From NCBI GenBank assembly GCA_963697435.1, contig CAVOOB010000002.1, positions 516,601-580,600 on the forward strand: a stretch of DNA of 64,000 bases. Direction: 5' to 3'. Below are positions 28,920-36,008 of the stretch, piece by piece. The position numbers and the translations under genes are program-made. The notes under the pieces were generated by a model that had not been told where the DNA came from, searched no databases, and saw nothing but the letters and a program-made list of their open reading frames with translations. Origin of the DNA: an uncultured Gemmatimonadales bacterium. Its GTDB lineage: Bacteria; Gemmatimonadota; Gemmatimonadetes; Gemmatimonadales; GWC2-71-9. Every line of letters begins with the position of its first letter. The first letter of the stretch is position 1.

Positions 28920-29045
28920 CCACGAGAGGGCGTCCAATCCAACGTATATGAGTTAACATGTTGTTGTACAACTATTTACGCTACTTCTTCATGATTTGCT
29001 CATTCGGGTAGGAACCTTGCTGAATATGGGTCCGTATTCCTACGG
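28920..29045. promoter_or_regulatory. AT-rich island with clustered palindromes in the divergent intergenic region (candidate promoters/operator)
   Basis: The only markedly AT-rich stretch for many kb. GTTAAC (28952-57), AACATGTT (28955-62), perfect 10-bp palindrome GTTGTACAAC (28963-72), TCATGA and ATGA-N5-TCAT (about 28989-29003). It lies between divergent starts at 28674 and 29069. Confidence 0.45.
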
Positions 29046-29068
29046 CCATCCAGTCACGGACCCACCGC

Positions 29069-30115
29069 ATGACCCCCCACCAGATGGGGGGCGGGGGCGC
29101 GTCGGCTGGCACCCACTCGACCGAAAGCTCGATGTCCACTTCGAATTTGGCTCCCGCCCCTCGCGTTGCTGCCCTGACCGAACGCCCCGTCGCGCCATCG
29201 GCGCCCGTACGCGCACATGTCCCCCGGCGCCCAGTGCCGAAGGCGAAGCGGTCGAAGGCGATGACCGCCGCCCTCGTCTTCGGCGCGGGGCTGGTGGCGT
29301 TGAATCTATTCGGAATGCGGTACTACCTGCTGCCTCGCGCCGAGCAGGTTCGCGACCCGCTCCATGCCTGGCTGCGTCCCTCAGGGTACCTCGGGCAGAC
29401 GGCGGGCGTCCTCGCGCTCCTGATCTTTCTCTTCCTCTGGTTGTACCCGCTTCGGAAGAAGTTCCGGTGGCTCGCCTTCACCGGCGCCATCTCCAAGTGG
29501 CTGAACGTACACGTGCTGGCCGCGCTCGGCCTCCCCCTCCTGGTGGCGGCGCACGCGACCTGGCAGTTCGGGGGGGTCATCGGCCTTGGATTCTGGTCGA
29601 TGATGCTGGTCTGGTTGAGCGGCATCGTCGGTCGATACATCTACGCCAGGATTCCGCGGGGCCAGGCCGGCGTCGAGCTCACGATCGATGAGATCAGCAC
29701 CCAGCGGCAGGAGCTGCTGAACGAGATCGCCGAGCTGTCGGGACTCGAGGCCAAGGAAGTCGAGGCGGTGCTGGCGCCTGACACGGCGCCGACGGTGGGC
29801 CTTGGGTTGTGGCAGACCATGCGCCGGATGGTTGCCGACGACCTCGGTCGGCGACGCGCGGCCGCTCGCCTGCGCCGCCAGATCAAGTTGCGCCGCCCGA
29901 TGCAACGGCGCAGCGACGCCGCAGTGCTGAAGGAAGTCCTTCGCCTCGCCAACCGTGAAATGGCCATGGTACAGCAGGCTCGCATGCTCGGCGCCACGCA
30001 GAACATCCTCCGGTTCTGGCATGTGGCCCACCGCCCTCTGGCGGTGACGGCGCTGGTGGCGGTCATCATCCACGTCATGGTGGTCGTGTCGTTGGGCGCC
30101 ACGTGGTTCCGGTAG
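29069..30115 (+). CDS. Polytopic membrane protein with two H-x13-H pairs in TM helices (candidate di-haem b-type transmembrane electron carrier)
   Basis: About 5 TM. H148-x13-H162 (NVHVLAALGLPLLVAAH) and H321-x13-H335 (HRPLAVTALVAVIIH). A roughly 120-aa charged helical cytoplasmic insert sits between TM4 and TM5. The start is uncertain (ATG 29069, 29132 or 29261). The 3' end overlaps the next gene. Confidence 0.7.
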   Translation: MTPHQMGGGGASAGTHSTESSMSTSNLAPAPRVAALTERPVAPSAPVRAHVPRRPVPKAKRSKAMTAALVFGAGLVALNLFGMRYYLLPRAEQVRDPLHAWLRPSGYLGQTAGVLALLIFLFLWLYPLRKKFRWLAFTGAISKWLNVHVLAALGLPLLVAAHATWQFGGVIGLGFWSMMLVWLSGIVGRYIYARIPRGQAGVELTIDEISTQRQELLNEIAELSGLEAKEVEAVLAPDTAPTVGLGLWQTMRRMVADDLGRRRAAARLRRQIKLRRPMQRRSDAAVLKEVLRLANREMAMVQQARMLGATQNILRFWHVAHRPLAVTALVAVIIHVMVVVSLGATWFR

Positions 30116-32157
30116 GCGAGGGCACGACCGGTGTGTTCCGCGGACTCGTTCGCGCATGCCTCCTGGCCCTCGGCTGGGTGGTGCTGATGTCCACGCCGCT
30201 GGCGGGACAGATCTCGCCGGGCCCGCTCGCAGCCGCGCACGCGACGCTCGAGGGACCGACCCAGTGCACCACCTGCCACGGCAGCCGGCGGGACGCCATG
30301 ACCGGCCAGTGCGCGGCCTGTCACAAGGATATTGGCCGATTGCTCGACCAGGGGCGGGGCTACCACGGCAGCGCCGAAGTGAAGGGCACACCCTGCGCCT
30401 CCTGTCATCCGGATCACGCCGGGAAAGGCTTCGAGATGGTGGAATGGCCGGATGGCGGCATGAAGAGCTTCGACCACAAACGCGCTGGGTGGGCGCTTGC
30501 GTTGAAGCACGCCGAGGCCACGTGCGCGGATTGTCACACCGACGAGTTCCAGGTGCCGGGAGTGAGGGATCTCTCCGTTCGAACGACCGGGCAGGGCTAT
30601 ACCGGTCTGGACCCCACCTGTACCAGTTGCCACGAGGACATCCATCGCGGGGCGCTCAAGCAGAACTGCACGGTATGCCACGATGCCGGTTCGTGGTCCG
30701 TCACCCCGGGGTTCGACCACGACACGACGGCGTATGCGCTCACTGCCAGGCACGCCGATGTGAAGTGCGACGACTGTCACCTCGACGCTCGGCTCTCACC
30801 CCGGAGCGACGGGAAGGGGCACCTGATCCCCGTGTACAAGCCGGTGTCGTTCGAGTCCTGCGCCAGCTGCCACACCGACCCGCACAGTGGGGGGCTGGGC
30901 CCGAAGTGCGCCGACTGCCATAGCACGCGCGGGTTCCAGGTCATCGACAAGAACCGGTTCGACCATGACAGAACCAAGTATCCGCTGCGCGGCAAGCACG
31001 TGACCACGGCCTGCGCCAGGTGCCACAAGGACTTCTCGACGCCGGCCCTGAAGACGCCGAAGTTCGCCACTTGCGTCGAGTGCCACACGGACGCCCACAA
31101 CGGGACCGCCACTCTCGCCGGCAGGCGGGTCGATTGCGCCTCGTGCCACTCGGTCAACGGATTCGCCCTGTCGACGTATACGACCGCGAGCCATGCCACG
31201 ACCCCGTACCCGCTTGAGGGCAAGCACCTGACGGTGAAGTGCGCCGCCTGCCATAGCCGGAGCACCGCGACGACTGCCGCGAAGACGCTCGGCAGTGCCA
31301 GGGTCGTGATACGGCCGAAGTACGCACAGTGCACGGACTGCCATGCTGACGATCATGGCGGCCAACGAATGGCGAGCACCAACAAGGGCGAGTGCGCCGC
31401 CTGCCACCGTGTGACAGGGTGGACTCCGAGCACCTTCGACAGTGCCGCACACGCACAGACGAATCTGGCCCTCGATGGTCGCCACCAGGAGATCGCCTGC
31501 GTGGCCTGTCACGGCCTCGCGCGCGCCGAGCTCCCGCCGATGACCGGGACGGCGACGATCGGCAAGGCTGGATTCCGGTTCCGGATTACCGAGACGGAGT
31601 GCGCCGCCTGCCACACCGATCCGCACCGTGGCCGATTCTCCGACGGGGGCTCCGGGGTCACGCCAATGGGTTGCCCCGCCTGCCATGGCATGCGGGCCTT
31701 CCGGCCGTCGACCACCGACATCGCGGCACACGCCCGATTCGAGTTTCCACTGGAGGGTGCGCACCGTGCCACCCCCTGCTCAGCCTGTCACGACGAACTG
31801 ACGCGCCCTGCCTCCGCCGCCCGGTCCACGCTGGTCCGGGGCTCGGGCGGGTTTGCCGACCTCCGGTTCGAGGCAACGCGGGAATGCGCCGCTTGCCACG
31901 AGACGCCGCACGGCGATCAGTTCGCCGCCTGGGACGCCCGGGGAGGCTGCGCCGCTTGCCACACGGTGGCCGCCTTCGTCCCGGCGGCCAACTTCGATCA
32001 CGACACCGACGCCTCGTTTTCGACCAGGGGCGCCCACGAACGGGTGCCGTGTGCGCGGTGCCATGTGCGTGATGCGGCCGCCCTACCCACGGAACCGTTG
32101 CGCTATCGCCCGTTGTCGGGGCGCTGCGAGGCCTGCCACGGCAAGGAGTCACCATGA
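30103..32157 (+). CDS. Secreted multihaem cytochrome c with 23 CXXCH motifs
   Basis: I counted 23 CXXCH in the translation. Signal peptide (ACLLALGWVVLMSTPLAGQ), no lipobox. Six recognisable three-haem modules CxxCHxDxHxG ... CxxCH ... FDH..T.y.L.G.H....CxxCH. The start is GTG at 30103 or GTG at 30133. Confidence 0.9.
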   Translation: MVPVGEGTTGVFRGLVRACLLALGWVVLMSTPLAGQISPGPLAAAHATLEGPTQCTTCHGSRRDAMTGQCAACHKDIGRLLDQGRGYHGSAEVKGTPCASCHPDHAGKGFEMVEWPDGGMKSFDHKRAGWALALKHAEATCADCHTDEFQVPGVRDLSVRTTGQGYTGLDPTCTSCHEDIHRGALKQNCTVCHDAGSWSVTPGFDHDTTAYALTARHADVKCDDCHLDARLSPRSDGKGHLIPVYKPVSFESCASCHTDPHSGGLGPKCADCHSTRGFQVIDKNRFDHDRTKYPLRGKHVTTACARCHKDFSTPALKTPKFATCVECHTDAHNGTATLAGRRVDCASCHSVNGFALSTYTTASHATTPYPLEGKHLTVKCAACHSRSTATTAAKTLGSARVVIRPKYAQCTDCHADDHGGQRMASTNKGECAACHRVTGWTPSTFDSAAHAQTNLALDGRHQEIACVACHGLARAELPPMTGTATIGKAGFRFRITETECAACHTDPHRGRFSDGGSGVTPMGCPACHGMRAFRPSTTDIAAHARFEFPLEGAHRATPCSACHDELTRPASAARSTLVRGSGGFADLRFEATRECAACHETPHGDQFAAWDARGGCAACHTVAAFVPAANFDHDTDASFSTRGAHERVPCARCHVRDAAALPTEPLRYRPLSGRCEACHGKESP

Positions 32158-33902
32158 GACGCCTGATCTGGCTTCCACTCCTGGCGCTGTCGCTCGCGTT
32201 GGTCGCGGGCGACCTCGCCGCGCAGGAACGGACCACCTCACCGCACGGCGACCTCCAGACCCAGTGCACGGTCTGCCACGGGCCGGATAGCTGGACGGCG
32301 CTTCAGATCAGCAGCCAGTTCGATCACGGGAAACTCGGCTTCCCGTTGACCGGCGCGCACGGCGCGACCACGTGCCGGGCATGTCATACCTCGCTGGACT
32401 TCAAGCTGGCGAGCTCGGACTGCACCGTGTGTCACAGCGACAACCATCGTGGCGAGTTGGGCCCGAACTGTGCCCGGTGTCACACGACGCGCACCTTTGT
32501 CGACCGGGACCTCATGGTTCCGGCGCATCGGTTGACGCGCTTCCCCCTGTCCGGCGGCCACCTGGCGGTCGAGTGCACGCAGTGCCATGCACCGGGCGTT
32601 GGTGGGCAGATGCAGTTCGTAGGGACCTCCACGGCGTGCTTCTCCTGTCACCAGCCCGATTACAACGCTGCGGCGAATCACGTCACGTCGAGCTTCCCCA
32701 CGAGCTGTGAGGGGTGCCACTCGACGGTGGCCTGGAACGCGGCAAACCTCGGGGCGGGGAACCACCCGACGTCGCCCATCGCCCTCACCGGCGTGCACAG
32801 CAGCAACCTGGTGACCTGCGCCCAGTGCCATACGTCGCAGCCCTACACCGCGGTCGCGCGCACCTGTGACGGTTGCCACCACCAGGAGTACCTGTCCACC
32901 AGCGATCCGAACCACGCCGCCTCGGGGTTCTCGACCGACTGTGTGTCGTGTCACCAGCCGGTCGCCAACTGGGCCGGTGCCAAGTTCAATCACCCCTCGG
33001 CGCCGATCGCCCTGACGGGTCCCCACAGCGTCAACCTGGTGGAGTGCACGCAGTGCCACACCAGCCAGCCGTACTCCTCGGTGAGGCAGACCTGCGACGG
33101 CTGCCACCATGCGGAGTACGTGGCCACGACCGACCCGAGCCATGTCGCGGCGGGATACAGCACCGACTGCGCTTCCTGCCACCAGGTCGTCGCCAACTGG
33201 GTGGGTGCCACGGCCAACCACCCGACCACCCCGATCGCGCTCACGGGCGTGCATAGCGCCAACCTCATCCCGTGCACGCAGTGTCATACCACCTCACCCT
33301 ATTCAACGGTGAAGCAGACCTGTGACGGCTGCCACCACGCAGAGTACGTGGCCACTACCGACCCAAATCACGTCTCGGCAGGGTATGGCATCGACTGCGC
33401 CTCCTGCCACCAGCCGGTGGCGAACTGGGCAGGGGCGAACGCCAACCATCCCACCACACCGATCGCGCTGACGGGCGTGCACAGCGCCACTATGGTCACG
33501 TGCACCCAGTGCCACACGACTTCCCCGTACTCGAGCGTGCAGCGCACCTGCGACGGATGCCATCATCCCGAATACGTGCAGCCGACCGACCCCAACCACG
33601 TCATGGCCAACTTCTCGACCACCTGCACGGCCTGCCATGGGTTGGTAGCGAACTGGGCAGGGGCGAAGTTCACCGCGCACGATGGGAGCGTGTCGCAGTT
33701 CCGGATCTACAGCGGCAAGCATAACAACCGGTGGAGCAACTGCGCGGAGTGCCACGCTGCCGGACAGTCGTATGCCGCCACGCCGGCGTTGCTCTGCCTG
33801 AATTGCCACGCGAAAGTCCAGACGGACAAGCACCGCGGGAAGAACTACACGCCCAGCGACTGCGTGCGGTCGGGCTGCCACGCGAACGGATCCAACCCGT
33901 GA
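32154..33902 (+). CDS. Secreted multihaem cytochrome c with 21 CXXCH plus one C-terminal CX4CH motif
   Basis: ATGA overlap with the upstream cytochrome gene. Signal peptide MRRLIWLPLLALSLALVAGDLAAQ, no lipobox. 21 CXXCH counted, plus CVRSGCH near the C-terminus. Recurrent CDGCHH. Confidence 0.9.
   Translation: MRRLIWLPLLALSLALVAGDLAAQERTTSPHGDLQTQCTVCHGPDSWTALQISSQFDHGKLGFPLTGAHGATTCRACHTSLDFKLASSDCTVCHSDNHRGELGPNCARCHTTRTFVDRDLMVPAHRLTRFPLSGGHLAVECTQCHAPGVGGQMQFVGTSTACFSCHQPDYNAAANHVTSSFPTSCEGCHSTVAWNAANLGAGNHPTSPIALTGVHSSNLVTCAQCHTSQPYTAVARTCDGCHHQEYLSTSDPNHAASGFSTDCVSCHQPVANWAGAKFNHPSAPIALTGPHSVNLVECTQCHTSQPYSSVRQTCDGCHHAEYVATTDPSHVAAGYSTDCASCHQVVANWVGATANHPTTPIALTGVHSANLIPCTQCHTTSPYSTVKQTCDGCHHAEYVATTDPNHVSAGYGIDCASCHQPVANWAGANANHPTTPIALTGVHSATMVTCTQCHTTSPYSSVQRTCDGCHHPEYVQPTDPNHVMANFSTTCTACHGLVANWAGAKFTAHDGSVSQFRIYSGKHNNRWSNCAECHAAGQSYAATPALLCLNCHAKVQTDKHRGKNYTPSDCVRSGCHANGSNP
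32760..33671 (+). repeat. Four in-frame tandem repeats of 228 bp (76 aa, three CXXCH each) inside the second cytochrome gene
   Basis: Units start at 32760, 32988, 33216 and 33444, each beginning NHP(T/S)xPIALTG.HS...C(A/T)QCHT..PY....(R/Q)TCDGCHH.EY....DP.H......(T/I)(D/T)C.(S/A)CH..VANW.GA. A degenerate half unit precedes them (CFSCHQPDYNAAANH...CEGCH). Confidence 0.9.
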
Positions 33903-35944
33903 GCCCACGCGCGAGGCGCCTGACAGGGCTGCTCGGAATGGCATTGCTGGCGGCGTGCACCGCCGGCGAGGCCCGCGCCCAGGACTCGACCGAGGTGGTC
34001 GCGCTCTACATGAAGGAAGGGGCGGTTATCCGCGGGCGTATCCTCGCGGACAACGGCCCGAACGGTATTCGGATCCGGAGCCAGCAGTCGGGCGCGACGT
34101 TCGTGGTTGCGGCCGCGCAGATCGACAGCGTGGTACGGCCCAAAGCGTCCGTATCGCCATCGACGCCCGTGCCCGAGCCGATGGTACCTGCCTCGCAAGC
34201 ACTGGACACTCCGGCACCACCTCCGAGTCCTGCGGCGGCCACCGCGGTGGACACCGCACCCATGACGATCGATGTGGCCTCGCCGACCACAGTTATGGAA
34301 GGACTCGCGCCGCCACCCAGTGCGGTGCCGGCGCAAGACATGATCGCGCCAGTCGTCATCGACACCGCCCCGCCCGACACGGCCGCGCACCGGACGACCG
34401 TCACTTTCATGTCCGGCGCCGAGATCTACATCGGGGCCGGCCGGCTTGACGGGTTGCTGGAGGGCTCGGAGGTCTCGGTCATGCAGGGAGACGACGTCGT
34501 CGGGATACTGCGTGTGAAATACGTCGCCTCCCACCGCTCCGCGTGCGAGGTTGTGTCGGGGGCGACCGGAATCGCGCTGGGGGATGTGATTCAGTTTCGC
34601 CGGCAGATGGCGTCCCCCGAAATGCTCTCCGCGTCGTCGATGTCCGGGCCGCCCCGCCCGCGGCGGATGAGCGGGCCCGGGCTCCACGGCCGGTTCGGGA
34701 CCCGATACCTGCGAGCGACCACGACGACGATGGCCGGCGGACAGGAACTGGGAAGCAACGGCTTCGACCAGCCCTCGCTCGACGCCCGCATCAACGGCAT
34801 CGGCCTCGGCGGCACACCGCTCGGGGTGGCGCTCGATCTGCGGACCCGTCAGACGACCACGACCTCGGCTGGCCGCACGGAGGTGGATGGACATACGCGG
34901 GTTTATCAGGCCGTCATGTACTGGAATCAGCCTGGCGCAGGCTTCCGCGCGGCCGCGGGCCGGCAGTACCTGACGGCGGTCAGTTCCATCGGCCTTCTGG
35001 ACGGCGCGTTGCTCGAGTTGAATGGGGGAAGAGTGTCGGTCGGTGCGTTCGCCGGATTCGAGCCTGACATCGCCACACTCGGGTTCTCCAGCACGGTCCA
35101 CGACTTCGGCCTCTACGCGAGCGTGCACAACCGGCCAGGGACGTCGACGGTGACGTCGGCGACCATTGGTGCCGTCGGGTCCTATGAAGGAGGAGATGCG
35201 CGCCGGGAGTGGGGCATCGCGCAGTTCAACATGAACAACCGGTACGTCTCGCTCTACCTGCTGCAGGAGCTCGATTATTACCGGCCGTGGAAACTCGCGG
35301 GGCCGAACGCCGAGGAAAGCGCCATTTCGGCGACGAGCCAGTTTGCGAACCTCTCCTTCCGGGCGACCCGCTGGCTGGCGATCAATGGTACCTATGACAA
35401 ACGCCGCAGCGTGCCGACCCTTCGCGACTTCACCAATCCGGAGACCGAATTCGATGACACCTACCGCCAGGGCTACGGAGGTGGTGTGCAGGTGACCGGC
35501 CGACAGGTGTACGGCGGTGGCGACTGGCGGCGGAGCACCGGTGGAAGTTCGGGCGGCGCCAATTCCTTCACCACGACCCTCGGCGTCAATCGCATCACCA
35601 AGTTCAACGTCGGACTGTCGGCCCGGGCGACCTGGTACCAGAATGATGTCTTCTCCGTCGACACCACCGCCGCGGTGCTGCAGACCTCCGGGCAACTCTA
35701 CTCCGGGCGGATGAGCCTCGACCCCTTCGGACCGATTCATCTTGATCTGAGCGCGGGCCTCCGCCAGGAGGACAACCCGATCGCGCTGGGGCTGCAGAAG
35801 TCGACCTGGTACGGCGTTGACATGGATCTGAACGTCGGGCGCGCCTGGTTCATCTCAGTCTCAGCGCTCCGACAGAACGATACTGCCAACCCCGGGACCA
35901 GCACCCTGACGCAGATCTACGGCGGGGTGACCTGGCGGTTCTAG
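33899..35944 (+). CDS. Putative outer-membrane beta-barrel protein with N-terminal domain and Pro/Ala-rich linker
   Basis: GTG at 33899 overlaps the cytochrome stop (GTGA). Signal sequence with possible lipobox LAAC or SPase I site ARA-QD. Pro/Ala-rich segment about aa 80-165. The C-terminal roughly 430 aa show alternating hydrophobic/polar strand pattern with Gly/Tyr/Asn-rich turns, ending ...IYGGVTWRF (terminal aromatic). Confidence 0.75.
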   Translation: MSPRARRLTGLLGMALLAACTAGEARAQDSTEVVALYMKEGAVIRGRILADNGPNGIRIRSQQSGATFVVAAAQIDSVVRPKASVSPSTPVPEPMVPASQALDTPAPPPSPAAATAVDTAPMTIDVASPTTVMEGLAPPPSAVPAQDMIAPVVIDTAPPDTAAHRTTVTFMSGAEIYIGAGRLDGLLEGSEVSVMQGDDVVGILRVKYVASHRSACEVVSGATGIALGDVIQFRRQMASPEMLSASSMSGPPRPRRMSGPGLHGRFGTRYLRATTTTMAGGQELGSNGFDQPSLDARINGIGLGGTPLGVALDLRTRQTTTTSAGRTEVDGHTRVYQAVMYWNQPGAGFRAAAGRQYLTAVSSIGLLDGALLELNGGRVSVGAFAGFEPDIATLGFSSTVHDFGLYASVHNRPGTSTVTSATIGAVGSYEGGDARREWGIAQFNMNNRYVSLYLLQELDYYRPWKLAGPNAEESAISATSQFANLSFRATRWLAINGTYDKRRSVPTLRDFTNPETEFDDTYRQGYGGGVQVTGRQVYGGGDWRRSTGGSSGGANSFTTTLGVNRITKFNVGLSARATWYQNDVFSVDTTAAVLQTSGQLYSGRMSLDPFGPIHLDLSAGLRQEDNPIALGLQKSTWYGVDMDLNVGRAWFISVSALRQNDTANPGTSTLTQIYGGVTWRF

Positions 35945-35955
35945 GCGCCAACAAG

Positions 35956-35982
35956 AACGGGGCGGCCACTGGCCGCCCCGTT
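35956..35982. terminator. Bidirectional GC-rich hairpin terminator between convergent genes
   Basis: AACGGGGCGGCC-ACT-GGCCGCCCCGTT perfect inverted repeat followed by a T-rich tract (TTGTCATGTCCGTTGTTT). It lies between the barrel gene stop (35944) and the dacB-like stop (36009). Confidence 0.75.
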
Positions 35983-36008
35983 GTCATGTCCGTTGTTTGC
36001 CGCGCGTC

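Noticed and set aside
28747-28971. 74-aa and 86-aa minus-strand ORFs inside the divergent intergenic region
   Set aside because: They have poor coding bias, Arg/Pro-rich sequence and no start context. I interpret the region as regulatory.
32238-35740. Long minus-strand ORFs (32238-33287, 33303-33944, 33845-35740) opposite the cytochrome and barrel genes
   Set aside because: The plus-strand frames contain 21-23 regularly spaced CXXCH motifs, or barrel-like strands, with correct GC3 bias. The antisense frames are Arg/Gly-rich noise.
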